A stretch of 21,364 nucleotides of DNA from Lachnospiraceae bacterium (GCA_031262685.1 JAISHG010000107.1:1-21364); one strand, 5' to 3'. Shown: positions 1-9,333, numbered from the stretch's first letter. Numbers and translations: made by a program. Notes: generated by a model from the letters alone, not told the origin.

Positions 1-543
1 CTTAAAGCTATCCAAAATGCCAGATTCGACTATGTAGCTTTAGGTCATGTTCATAAGACAAATCTAGAAGAAAATACAAATATTATTTATTCTGGTTCTA
101 CTTTGTCTCTTGGCTTCGACGAGCCCGGAGAACATGGCGCAATTGTTGGAAATATAGAAAAAAATAATTTACAAACAAATTTTATTAAATTAGATAATAG
201 AGAATTTGTTACAGAAAATATAGATATTACAGAAATTTATTCCCCAGAAGATTTACTACAACTAATAAATAGTTTATCAAATAATAAAAATAATTTTTAT
301 AAACTAATTTTAACGGGCAAAAGAAATTTCATAATCAATACAAATAATATTATTAAATTATTACAAAAAGAAAATATACTAAAAATAAAAGACGAAACAT
401 CTAGTAATTACAATTTAAACGAAATTGCAAGCCAAAATAATTTAAAAGGTATTTTTGTTAAAAATATGCTAAATAAAATTAATGATGAAAATAAAGAAGA
501 AATACTAAAATCAATAGAAATAGGACTAGATTCACTGCAATAA
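1..543 (+). CDS. C-terminal part of a YhaO/SbcD-like metallophosphoesterase/DNA exonuclease subunit (5' end outside window)
   Basis: Frame is open from base 1 (LKAIQNARFDYVALGHVHKTNLEENTNIIYSGSTLSLGFDEPGEHGAIVGNI), with the metallophosphatase motif GHVHK. Directly upstream of a YhaN/SbcC-like ATPase. The listed start at 103 is an internal TTG. Confidence 0.8.
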   Translation, partial: LKAIQNARFDYVALGHVHKTNLEENTNIIYSGSTLSLGFDEPGEHGAIVGNIEKNNLQTNFIKLDNREFVTENIDITEIYSPEDLLQLINSLSNNKNNFYKLILTGKRNFIINTNNIIKLLQKENILKIKDETSSNYNLNEIASQNNLKGIFVKNMLNKINDENKEEILKSIEIGLDSLQ

Positions 544-560
544 ATTTATAGGAGAGTTGT

Positions 561-2417
561 ATGAAATTAAATTATTTAAAAATAAATGGATTTGGAAAAT
601 TAGAAAATAAAGAAATAAAATTAAATAAAAATATAAATTTAATTTATGGAAAAAACGAATCTGGCAAAACAACATTATTAAAATTTATATCTAGTATGTT
701 TTACGGAATTTCTAAAAATAAAAATGGAAAAGAATACTCCGATTACGAAAAATACTTGCCATGGAAGGCAGAAGATTTTTCCGGTAAATTAAACTATGAA
801 TTAGATAACAGAGAGTCTTTTGAATTATTTAGAGACTTTAATAAAAAAACACCTAAACTATTTAATAGCAATAAAGAAGATATTACTAAAAATTATTCAA
901 TAGATAAAACTAAAGGTAGCAATTTTTTTATTGAACAAACAGAACTTTCTGAAGAAGTTTTATTTAGCACTCTTATTTCAGAACAGCAAGAAGTTGTTTT
1001 AAATAATTCAAAACAAAATTCTCTTATGCAAAAAATAACTAATATTATTAGTTCCGGAGAAGAGAATACTTCAATAAAAAAAGCTCTAGATAATTTAAAT
1101 AAGAAATTAACCGAAGAAGTAGGCACATCAAGGACTATAGGAAAACCTATAAATATAATAAATTCAAATATTTCATCATTAGAAAAAGAAGAAATAAATA
1201 TAGAAAATTATAAAAATAATTTATCAGAAATTATTACGCAAATAAATAATTTAGAAAATAAAAAAAATATTATTAAAAATAAAACTAGTATTGCAAAAAT
1301 AATATTAAAAAATAAATCAGATGAAAATATCGAAAAAGAAAAATTAAATATAAATAAAAATATTTTAAAAGAATATTCCGGAAAAGTATTATCTAAAAAT
1401 TCCGAAAAAAATAACTACAATTCTATTTCAAAAAATAATAAAATAAAGAATTTAATTTTATTACCAATAATATTTTTAATTTTATTTTTTTCAAATATTA
1501 TTTTTATTAAATCTAATTTATTTGGAATTTTATCTATTTTAGGATTATTATTTTCATTATTATTTTATTTTAATAAAAATAAAATGTATTCTAAAAATCT
1601 GGAGCAAACGATAGCACAAAATAAAGAATTAGAGCTATTATCAAGCAATGAAAAGGCACAGAAGGAAAAAATAAACGAATTAGAAAATAAATTTAATGAA
1701 CTGGTTTTAGAAAATAAAAAAAATATTATTAATAATTATAATAATTTACTAGAAGAAAAAGATATTATATTTTTATTAGAAAAAAATACCGACGAATTAA
1801 ATTATCATATTCAATTTTTAGATAAAGAATTTAATAATTTAAATTTTGAGATTCACACTAATAAATTAAAAAAAGATGAATTAACAAATAAAATAGAAGA
1901 CAATTTAAAATTAGAAGAAAATTTAAATTATTTATATGAACAAAAACAAGAATTAAATAATTTAGAAAACTATATAAATTTAGCAAAAATCGGATTAGAA
2001 GAATCATATAATATTATGAAAAATACTGTAACACCTAAATTTACAAATGAATTAAATTCTCTAATCAATAATTTAACAAATAATAAATATAATAATATTA
2101 TTTTAAACGACAATGATGGACTTGTTGTAGAACTAGAAAATGGCGACTATATAAACTGTAACAAACTAAGTACCGGAACAATAGACCAAATGTATTTATC
2201 TTTACGACTTGCTATTTCTAAAGAATTGTTTGCCGAAACCTTTCCTTTGATTTTAGATGAATCATTCGCATACTACGATACGGAAAGATTAGAAAATATT
2301 TTAAAATATATTTCATCCGAATTTAGAGATGTTCAAGTTATTATTTTTACTTGCACAAATAGGGAAAAAGATATTTTAAATAAATTAAATGTAAATTATA
2401 ATTATGTAGAAATATAA
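561..2417 (+). CDS. YhaN/SbcC-like AAA ATPase with coiled coil and central hydrophobic (probable transmembrane) segment
   Basis: N-terminal INGFGKLENKEI..NLIYGKNESGKTTLLKFI (Walker A), C-terminal STGTIDQMYLSLRLAISKEL..PLILDESFAYYD (signature/Walker B), two hydrophobic stretches mid-protein (LILLPIIFLILFFSNIIFI..LFGILSILGLLFSLLFYF), RBS ggagag upstream. Confidence 0.8.
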   Translation: MKLNYLKINGFGKLENKEIKLNKNINLIYGKNESGKTTLLKFISSMFYGISKNKNGKEYSDYEKYLPWKAEDFSGKLNYELDNRESFELFRDFNKKTPKLFNSNKEDITKNYSIDKTKGSNFFIEQTELSEEVLFSTLISEQQEVVLNNSKQNSLMQKITNIISSGEENTSIKKALDNLNKKLTEEVGTSRTIGKPINIINSNISSLEKEEINIENYKNNLSEIITQINNLENKKNIIKNKTSIAKIILKNKSDENIEKEKLNINKNILKEYSGKVLSKNSEKNNYNSISKNNKIKNLILLPIIFLILFFSNIIFIKSNLFGILSILGLLFSLLFYFNKNKMYSKNLEQTIAQNKELELLSSNEKAQKEKINELENKFNELVLENKKNIINNYNNLLEEKDIIFLLEKNTDELNYHIQFLDKEFNNLNFEIHTNKLKKDELTNKIEDNLKLEENLNYLYEQKQELNNLENYINLAKIGLEESYNIMKNTVTPKFTNELNSLINNLTNNKYNNIILNDNDGLVVELENGDYINCNKLSTGTIDQMYLSLRLAISKELFAETFPLILDESFAYYDTERLENILKYISSEFRDVQVIIFTCTNREKDILNKLNVNYNYVEI

Positions 2418-2450
2418 ATAAGAAAAGTGGCGAAGCCACTTTTCTTATTT
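2416..2450. terminator. Bidirectional intrinsic terminator between convergent yhaN-like gene and prfA
   Basis: Perfect 16-bp stem AAATAAGAAAAGTGGC / GCCACTTTTCTTATTT around a GAA loop, with T-rich flank. Confidence 0.85.
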
Positions 2451-3509
2451 TTCTTCCTGACCTTTTAATTTTTCGGCTCTATCTGTTGCTATTAAATTGT
2501 CTATCATTTCGTCTATATTTCCATTAAGGAAACTCTCCATCTGATATATGCTAAGCCCAATTCTATGGTCTGTTATTCTACCTTGAGGATAGTTATATGT
2601 TCTTATCTTTTCGCTACGGTCTCCTGTACCAACCTGACTTTTTCTTTCACTTGCTAACTTTTCTTCTTGTTTTCTTAATTCAATTTCGTATATTCTAGAC
2701 TTTAATAATTTCATTGCATATTCTCTGTTTTGAAGCTGAGACCTTTCTGTTTGGCACTCTGCTACAACTCCTGTTGGAGTATGCGTAAGCCTTACAGCAG
2801 ACGACGTTTTATTAACGTGTTGACCTCCAGCACCAGATGCTCTATATACATCCATTTTTATATCTGCGGGATTTAAATCTATTTCTACATCTTCTACTTC
2901 TGGTAAAACAGCAACTGTAGCTGTAGATGTATGTATTCTTCCGCTAGACTCTGTGTCTGGAACCCTTTGTACTCTATGCACGCCGCTTTCGAACTTTAGT
3001 CTGCTATATGCTCCTTTTCCTGTTAGCATAAATGTTATTTCCTTGTATCCACCCAAGCCTGTTTCGTTTTCGTGCATTATATCTATTCTCCAACGTTTTG
3101 ACTCAGCATACATTGTGTACATTCTAAATAAAGTCCCGGCAAAAAGCGCTGCCTCGTCTCCTCCTGCTCCTGCTCTTATCTCGCATATAACGTTGTTGTC
3201 GTCATTTGGGTCTTTTGGAATTAGCAAAAATTTAAGTTCTTCTTCTATTTTAGGCAATTTTTCTTTTGCTTCTTCTATTTCTATTTCAGCAAGTTCTTTT
3301 AAATCTTTATCTTCTAGCATAAGTTTTGCATCTTCTATTTGTTTGTTTATTTTTTTATATTCTTTATACTTTTCAACTACTTCTGTTATTTCTGAATTTT
3401 CTTTCATTAGCTTTTTCCATTCAGTCTGATTACTAATAACTTCTGGGTCGCTAATTTTTTTTGTAATTTCATCATATCTTTTTTCCACATCTTCTAATTT
3501 ATGAAACAT
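2445..3509 (-). CDS. prfA: Peptide chain release factor 1
   Basis: Full-length 354 aa with GGQ motif ([26 protein letters not shown]) and RF-1 features ([32 protein letters not shown]). Confidence 0.97.
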   Translation of the reverse strand: MFHKLEDVEKRYDEITKKISDPEVISNQTEWKKLMKENSEITEVVEKYKEYKKINKQIEDAKLMLEDKDLKELAEIEIEEAKEKLPKIEEELKFLLIPKDPNDDNNVICEIRAGAGGDEAALFAGTLFRMYTMYAESKRWRIDIMHENETGLGGYKEITFMLTGKGAYSRLKFESGVHRVQRVPDTESSGRIHTSTATVAVLPEVEDVEIDLNPADIKMDVYRASGAGGQHVNKTSSAVRLTHTPTGVVAECQTERSQLQNREYAMKLLKSRIYEIELRKQEEKLASERKSQVGTGDRSEKIRTYNYPQGRITDHRIGLSIYQMESFLNGNIDEMIDNLIATDRAEKLKGQEEK

Positions 3510-3583
3510 ATATAAGCTCCTTTTCTGTTTGTTTTAGAACAGGTAGATTATATAAGGTTTTAGCTAAATAATCAATAGAAAAA

Positions 3584-4222
3584 TTACTGCTCTATATATT
3601 TTTGCTGTATTTTTAATATTTTATTATAATCATTTTCTAAAATATCTATAAATACCTTTGTAAGCTCTATAGAAAACTGTGTGCCAGAGCAATTTTCAAA
3701 TTCTTCTTTTATTTTACTTATATCTAACTCTTCCCTATATGCTCTTTTAGAAGACATTGCATCGTATGCATCTACAACTGAAACTATTTGCGCTAAATAA
3801 GGAATTTTTTTATTCTCTAATTTATCTGGATACCCAGTTCCGTCGTATTTTTCATGATGATGTTTCGCAATTAAAATTACATCTGATGGGGCTGAGGTTT
3901 TTGAAAGTATATTAGCACCAATAACTGGATGCTGTTTCATTACTTCATATTCTTCTAAAGTAAGTTTCCCTTTTTTAAGTAGAATTTTATTAGGTATAGC
4001 TACCTTACCAATATCATGAAGCAAACTACCTAACCTTAAATTTTTCATATCTTCTTTAGATAAATTTATATGTTTTCCTATTAGTGTAGCATATTCGCAA
4101 ACCCTAGCAGAATGTCCGTTAGTGTAGATATCCTTCGCTTCTAGATCATTATTTAATTGTTTAATTTCTTCTAGTGAAGAATATGCTGTTTTAAATTCTG
4201 AATATATATCTTCTATTAACAT
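3584..4222 (-). CDS. HD-GYP domain phosphohydrolase (probable cyclic-dinucleotide phosphodiesterase)
   Basis: Motifs GHSARVCEY, LLHDIGKVAIP, HHEKYDGTGYPDK, IVSVVDAYDAMSSKRAYR. Confidence 0.9.
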   Translation of the reverse strand: MLIEDIYSEFKTAYSSLEEIKQLNNDLEAKDIYTNGHSARVCEYATLIGKHINLSKEDMKNLRLGSLLHDIGKVAIPNKILLKKGKLTLEEYEVMKQHPVIGANILSKTSAPSDVILIAKHHHEKYDGTGYPDKLENKKIPYLAQIVSVVDAYDAMSSKRAYREELDISKIKEEFENCSGTQFSIELTKVFIDILENDYNKILKIQQKYIEQ

Positions 4223-4288
4223 ATTTAATCTCCGTTTATTTTTATTTGCTTTATTATATTAACAGATTATACAAATTACAAGAGGTAA

Positions 4289-5020
4289 TTACAATTGACC
4301 GGCTAATTCTAATTCTTCTTTGCTTAAATCAAATTTTTGTCCGTTATTTTTAATTAAATTATGAATATTCTCTATTTTTCTAACTGAATTAATTATTTCC
4401 TCTAGCGGTAATAATTCTTTAAACGATTCTTCTAGTTTATTGTATTCTCCTTGCATTTTATCGAAGTCTTTATTGTTAAATGCTTCTATCCAATTACTAG
4501 CATATGTATTTATATTAGTTAATGTATCTTGTTGAGAATTATATACACCTGTTATATTGTCCGATATAGTGCCAAGTAGAAAATTCTTTCCGCTTAATAT
4601 TAAGCTGCCAATTCCGTCGCTTAATAAATTTTTATCAACCGCACTATTAACCGCATTGTTTATTAGTCCGGATACTGTGTCTAGTAGCCCTCCTTTATTT
4701 ATTGCCATTTCAACTTGATTAATATTTTCAAAATTTCCAGTAAATATGCCTATTGCACTTTTCCCAAAATCTATTGCTGTATCTATTGCCTGTTTTATAC
4801 CACTTTGTAATCCTTCGTTTATTAGTGTGTTTTTTACGTCTATAACTTGATTTTCTATAAAATCCGGTAATACTACTTTTAATCCAACATCTATTGCCCC
4901 GTTAATTGCCGAACCAATAGATGAATTTAAAAAACTATTTTGGTTCTCGGTAAGAGATTTTTCCACCCCTAAATTGTTTGAATTTTCTAACTCTAATCCA
5001 TTTATATTCATATCAATCAC
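4289..5020 (-). CDS. Hypothetical protein of the VirB4-associated cluster, glycine/alanine-rich N-terminal region
   Basis: Intact 243-aa ORF, overlaps the upstream gene by 8 bp (translational coupling). Confidence 0.6.
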   Translation of the reverse strand: MIDMNINGLELENSNNLGVEKSLTENQNSFLNSSIGSAINGAIDVGLKVVLPDFIENQVIDVKNTLINEGLQSGIKQAIDTAIDFGKSAIGIFTGNFENINQVEMAINKGGLLDTVSGLINNAVNSAVDKNLLSDGIGSLILSGKNFLLGTISDNITGVYNSQQDTLTNINTYASNWIEAFNNKDFDKMQGEYNKLEESFKELLPLEEIINSVRKIENIHNLIKNNGQKFDLSKEELELAGQL

Positions 5021-6170
5021 TCCTTAAAATAATATTTTTATATATTGTTTTTATTTGTTTGTTTTCTGCTTTGGTATTTTTATTTATAAATAAATCATAA
5101 AAATTATTTTCTTCTATAATTCCAAGTATTTTAAAGTCTGAAAACATTTTTTCTAATATTTCTTTTGATATGGAATTTTTATTATATTTATTAAAAATAA
5201 TTTTTATTTTATTTTTTTCTATTTTGAATTCGGTTATATATGTCATTAATAAATTTCTGCATTTTTTTAATTCTAATAAATTTGCTCCAGCAATAATAAA
5301 TATATAATTAATGTACTTACTAATTTGTGTGCTATCTTTTAATATATTATTTTTATTTGTATCTATAAAAATATAATTATATTTATTTTTGTTTTCTTCT
5401 AAAATTTCTTGAATATTATTTTTAGTATAAATTAAATCTATATTATTATTTATTTTTATTATTTCTCCGGAATTATTATTTTCTTTTATTCCACATATAG
5501 TTCCTATACTTTTATTTTTTGAATCCATATCAACAATTAAAATTTTTTTATTTTCTAATTGCATTGCCAAACTAATTGTTATAATGCTTTTCCCAATACC
5601 AGAACTTCCGCTTATTAGTATTATTTTAGAATTTTCTTCCGCATCGTTGTCTTGGCATTTTTTATTTCTTTTTTTAAATAATAATTTATTTTTTATTTCT
5701 TTTATCTTTGATTTTTTATTATTAGAATAATTATTCATTCCTGAATTTAAATTATTTTTTAAAATCAATTCTTTTAATTCTTTTATTTCCTCTGCCATTT
5801 TTTGTTCTGTACTTATACTATTATTTATTACTTTTTTTATTTCATTAATTTCCGTTTTATTATTATAAAAAATATTATTTATTCCTTTTACTTTTAAATA
5901 TTCTTCTAATTCGGAATCTTCTTTTTTTAATATAATTATTATTTTTATTAAACTGTTAATATTTTTTATTTTTTTAATTAATTCTTTAAATTTATTTTCT
6001 TCTATTATTTTATTGCTTAATATTAAAATATTAATGCTAATATTTTTTTCTAGTATTTCTAATAATCCTTCTTCGTATTGAATATCTCTTGTAATTATTT
6101 CGTAGTCTTCAACATTTTTTAATTCTGTATTTATTTCTGGACTACCTATTGCTGTAACAATTTTTATCAC
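5013..6170 (-). CDS. CpaE/MinD-like P-loop ATPase with N-terminal receiver-like region
   Basis: ILISGSSGIGKSIITISLAMQL..KILIVDMDSKNKSIGT..YNYIFIDTNKN resembles the SIMIBI/MinD-CpaE fold. The N-terminal ~115 aa resembles a degenerate receiver domain. Confidence 0.65.
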   Translation of the reverse strand: MIKIVTAIGSPEINTELKNVEDYEIITRDIQYEEGLLEILEKNISINILILSNKIIEENKFKELIKKIKNINSLIKIIIILKKEDSELEEYLKVKGINNIFYNNKTEINEIKKVINNSISTEQKMAEEIKELKELILKNNLNSGMNNYSNNKKSKIKEIKNKLLFKKRNKKCQDNDAEENSKIILISGSSGIGKSIITISLAMQLENKKILIVDMDSKNKSIGTICGIKENNNSGEIIKINNNIDLIYTKNNIQEILEENKNKYNYIFIDTNKNNILKDSTQISKYINYIFIIAGANLLELKKCRNLLMTYITEFKIEKNKIKIIFNKYNKNSISKEILEKMFSDFKILGIIEENNFYDLFINKNTKAENKQIKTIYKNIILRSD

Positions 6171-6207
6171 CCTTTATCACCTCCCCAAGATATATTTATT
6201 TTACAAA

Positions 6208-7413
6208 TTAAGAAATTAATTTTTTTTCGAAATCTGCAACATTTATTTTAAGCAATATATGCTCGTCCCCAACAAACATAAGACATTCTCCGCGTTTTAA
6301 TGATTTGATTTCTATTTTTTCTTTTTCTGTTATTTTTGTGTAATTAGATAAAATTGATATATTCTCTTCTTCTAAAGAAAAAAATGTTTTTATACTAGAA
6401 TTATTTATTATACTTTTTCCGTATGTTCCATCTTCTAAGCTAAAAAGGTCCGAGACATCTTGAGTTATTGCGACAGCACTTCCGCCATATTTTCTAATTG
6501 TTTTAAATATTTTGTATATAAAACTTGCCACATCTTTATTGGAAGTTACTCCTATTAATCTCCATATTTCATCTAGATAAATTGCTTTTTTTGCTTCCCT
6601 ATTTTTTTTGATTTTGTCCCAAAATAAGTCTATAAATAGCCACATGCCATACTTTAAATTTTCTTCTCCCAAATCGTATACATCTGCAATTATTAATTTT
6701 GAATTTAATCTTATATTTGTATGTTTATTAAAATAGCTAAGTGAGCCTTTTACGAATGGAATTAGTTTTATTTGTAATCTTTTTGTTTTTTCATCTCGTC
6801 CTAATATTTCGTATAAGTCTTCTAATATAGGCATATCTTTACTTTCTTTAAATACCAGATCAATATTTATTTTGTTTTTTTCTGGTGTTTTATATAAGGT
6901 TTTATCGTCGAAGGTTATTCCTTTTTCCTTATAACAAATAATAAGTTTTTCTTCTAAGATCCCTTTTTCTTCTTCGTCTAGGCTGCCAAATACCAAATTA
7001 AAAAATCCAATTAATTTAGTTATTTTTGTTGCTAAATATCCTTTTGATTCCTCTATACTTTCCTCCCTAATTTCCAAAACATTTATATATGTATTAAAAT
7101 TGGGACCTATTTTAAAAATAGTTCCATTTAAACTTTCTGCAATTTTAGTGTACTCACGTTCTGGATCTATTACATACTGCTCTATTCCTAGAATTATGTA
7201 CCTTAGTATTAGTAGTTTTGTATAAAACGACTTACCAGAACCACTTGTTCCAAAAATACATATATTTGCGTTTTTGTATTTTTCGGAATTATATCTGTCT
7301 ATGAATATTAATGAGTTATTATAGGTATTACTGCCAATAAATATTCCTTTTTCATCGAATATGGACGAGGTAACAAATGGATAAGTAGCAAGCAATCCGG
7401 CTTGATAAAACAT
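6208..7413 (-). CDS. VirB4/TraE-like type IV secretion ATPase, C-terminal ATPase portion (displaced +1 relative to the upstream ORF)
   Basis: ANICIFGTSGSGKSFYTKL (Walker A), KAIYLDEIWRLIG (Walker B), GGSAVAITQDVSDLF; reads on directly from the 7352..8002 ORF after a one-base frame change. Confidence 0.85.
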   Translation of the reverse strand: MFYQAGLLATYPFVTSSIFDEKGIFIGSNTYNNSLIFIDRYNSEKYKNANICIFGTSGSGKSFYTKLLILRYIILGIEQYVIDPEREYTKIAESLNGTIFKIGPNFNTYINVLEIREESIEESKGYLATKITKLIGFFNLVFGSLDEEEKGILEEKLIICYKEKGITFDDKTLYKTPEKNKINIDLVFKESKDMPILEDLYEILGRDEKTKRLQIKLIPFVKGSLSYFNKHTNIRLNSKLIIADVYDLGEENLKYGMWLFIDLFWDKIKKNREAKKAIYLDEIWRLIGVTSNKDVASFIYKIFKTIRKYGGSAVAITQDVSDLFSLEDGTYGKSIINNSSIKTFFSLEEENISILSNYTKITEKEKIEIKSLKRGECLMFVGDEHILLKINVADFEKKLIS

Positions 7414-8002
7414 TTCTTTTGCTAACGTTTTTTATGTCCTTATTGTTTTCGAAAATTGGCAAACATGATTTATATGTTTGTTCTTGCCTAAAATTTGCTC
7501 GTATTGTTTTCATGCCCACGCCATGCATAATTCCTTCTATTTTGTTAAGCAAATATTCTAGTTCGTTTGTGTCTTCTGAAAAAATATTTAAATAAATATA
7601 TAAAAAATATATTTCTTCATTATTTACTTGTATTTCTTTTCTTATGTATCGTGCATCGTTGTATGTAAATGCTGCAATGTCTATATCTTGCCTATTTTGA
7701 TTAGCTGATTCTTTTATATCTACCCCTACATTTCCAATACTATACGTTAAATCTCTAATTACCTTATATGGATTTTGTTTTTCGTAGAACATAGATATAT
7801 TCATATTTATATTTGTATTAAGTAAATTGTTTAATATTAAATCTACATTTTCTCTTGGGTAATCTATTACTAATAATCCTGCATAATAAACATTGTCTAT
7901 TTCTATGTATTTAGGATTTTTATTACTTATATATGAAGGAGCTATTATTTCTTCTACACCTATTACTCCATTTAAATTATTTTCGTTAGATTTTTTAAAC
8001 AT
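7352..8002 (-). CDS. VirB4/TraE-like type IV secretion ATPase, N-terminal portion
   Basis: FSEDTNELEYLLNKIEGIMHGVGMKTIRANFRQEQTYKSCLPIFENNKDIKNVSKRNVLSS is typical of the region preceding the VirB4 ATPase domain. RBS aggag at the start. Homology ends at CGG (7399..7397) and continues in the other frame. Confidence 0.8.
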   Translation of the reverse strand: MFKKSNENNLNGVIGVEEIIAPSYISNKNPKYIEIDNVYYAGLLVIDYPRENVDLILNNLLNTNINMNISMFYEKQNPYKVIRDLTYSIGNVGVDIKESANQNRQDIDIAAFTYNDARYIRKEIQVNNEEIYFLYIYLNIFSEDTNELEYLLNKIEGIMHGVGMKTIRANFRQEQTYKSCLPIFENNKDIKNVSKRNVLSSRIACYLSICYLVHIR

Positions 8003-8011
8003 ATTTTTCTC

Positions 8012-8626
8012 CTAGCTATTTAAAAATTTTCGTACATTTAAAAAAGAAAATATTATTTGTATTGCCTCTTCTTTTGAACTAATTTCTTCTACTAAATTTC
8101 CACATCTGGATAGACATTCTTTTATTTTAAAATAGTTATCGTTTAATAAATTAATTGCCAAAGAATTTTTTTCTTCTTCTATTTGATTTAAATATAAATT
8201 ATCCTTTTTATAAAAATTGATTTTCTTAGGACTATTTTCTGGAGATTTTTTTATAAGAATATAAAAATTTTTAGATGATGATTTTCTTTCTAGATTAATT
8301 TCTTGAATATAATTAATATATTTTTCTGATATTTTAATTATTTTTGCATTTTCTTGTTCTTTATTACTTTTTAATACATTTGAAATATGCTTGCTTAGAT
8401 TTTCTTTGTTACTTTGTACTAATATTTGAATATCGAAATTGCAAGTTTTTAGAAATATTTTATATGAATTTAAAATTGCTTCTTTTTCTAAATTAGATTT
8501 TAAATTAAAATTAATTGGATTTACTTTAATTATTTTAACATACGTTTTATTTTTCAGTTTAATTATTCCATTTTCTAATATAGACTCAAAAGGCAACCAA
8601 TTCTGAACAGAATTAATTTCTTTCAT
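8012..8626 (-). CDS. VirB4-associated N-terminal-domain/TraC-like protein
   Basis: QNWLPFESILENGIIKLKNKTYVKIIKVNPINFNLKSNLEKEAILNSYKIFLKTCNFDIQI resembles the small TraC-like proteins found beside Gram-positive VirB4 genes; 9 bp upstream of the VirB4-like gene. Confidence 0.55.
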   Translation of the reverse strand: MKEINSVQNWLPFESILENGIIKLKNKTYVKIIKVNPINFNLKSNLEKEAILNSYKIFLKTCNFDIQILVQSNKENLSKHISNVLKSNKEQENAKIIKISEKYINYIQEINLERKSSSKNFYILIKKSPENSPKKINFYKKDNLYLNQIEEEKNSLAINLLNDNYFKIKECLSRCGNLVEEISSKEEAIQIIFSFLNVRKFLNS

Positions 8627-8757
8627 TTTTTATCTTCTTTCTTTTTGGGAATATACATAAGATTCAAATTAAATTTTTAGAAATAAATTTATTCAGATTA
8701 TATTCTATTAAACATTTTTGTCAATTGTTTTTTGTCGACAAAATCCGACACCTCGCC

Positions 8758-8786
8758 TTGTAAACACCTTAACTTTATAGTATACT
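8758..8786 (+). promoter_or_regulatory. Candidate sigma-70 promoter for ORF 8793..9176
   Basis: TTGTAA - 17 bp - TATACT. Confidence 0.45.
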
Positions 8787-8792
8787 GGTACT

Positions 8793-9176
8793 ATGAAGCT
8801 TTGCTTTAAATTTGAATCATCTGGAGGCTTTGCGTACGCAATGAATACAGAGTACTTATCTGCTGGTTTTTATGTTGTTCTTTTTGACAATACAGACGAG
8901 TATGACACACTTTTTGTATCTGAAGGCAATTACGCATGTTCTGCAACTAAGGAGGATGACACATTATACTGTGGCTACTTTTCTAAGAGCTACAACAACA
9001 ACTCTATCACTTGTAAGATACCTGACGATTATGAAGATAACGATGATGATATTGAACGGTACACACCCAGAAAATTCATCATTATATCTCGTACCTTCGA
9101 CAACATAATTCAATTGTGGTTTGATCAATATTGTAAACGCTATGAAACTGGCATGTTTAGGTTGCGAAAATGGTAA
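8793..9176 (+). CDS. Hypothetical acidic 127-aa protein, no recognised family
   Basis: Open reading frame with promoter immediately upstream and terminator-like hairpin downstream. Codon usage differs from neighbours (CGG, CGC, CGT, CGA, AGG and AGA all used). Confidence 0.45.
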   Translation: MKLCFKFESSGGFAYAMNTEYLSAGFYVVLFDNTDEYDTLFVSEGNYACSATKEDDTLYCGYFSKSYNNNSITCKIPDDYEDNDDDIERYTPRKFIIISRTFDNIIQLWFDQYCKRYETGMFRLRKW

Positions 9177-9207
9177 GCGGAAGCAGAAAAACCATCTATT
9201 TATTGCA

Positions 9208-9247
9208 AAAGAGAGAACTTGATAATTCAAGTCGCTCTCTTTTTTTG
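9208..9247 (+). terminator. Intrinsic terminator
   Basis: aaagagag..cttga-taat-tcaag..ctctctttttttt: interrupted hairpin followed by T-run. Confidence 0.65.
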
Positions 9248-9275
9248 TAAATACTAATTTTTTGCAAAAATTTGT

Positions 9276-9304
9276 TTGACAAACTTTTGATACTATGATA
9301 ATAT
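9276..9304 (+). promoter_or_regulatory. Candidate promoter of lexA
   Basis: TTGACA - 17 bp - TAATAT upstream of lexA, which has RBS aaggag. Confidence 0.55.
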
Positions 9305-9333
9305 GTTTTCAAAAAAATAAGGAGTGGTAAAAA

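Noticed and set aside
103-105. Annotated start of the first ORF
   Set aside because: This is an internal TTG; metallophosphatase homology (GHVHK) is in frame from base 1.
561-2417. True SbcC with zinc hook
   Set aside because: No CxxC hook and too short; the central hydrophobic segment fits YhaN-like proteins better.
2953-3429. Plus-strand ORF antisense to prfA (also 893..1126 minus antisense to the yhaN-like gene)
   Set aside because: Shadow ORFs within confidently assigned coding sequence, with no RBS or recognisable domains.
8872-9230. Overlapping ORFs 8872..9108 (+) and 8964..9230 (-)
   Set aside because: Out-of-frame alternatives to 8793..9176, which has the best-placed promoter and terminator. 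None can be proven coding.
9241-9333. A LexA box upstream of lexA
   Set aside because: No convincing GAACN4GTTC-type palindrome was found; only a promoter-like sequence can be supported.
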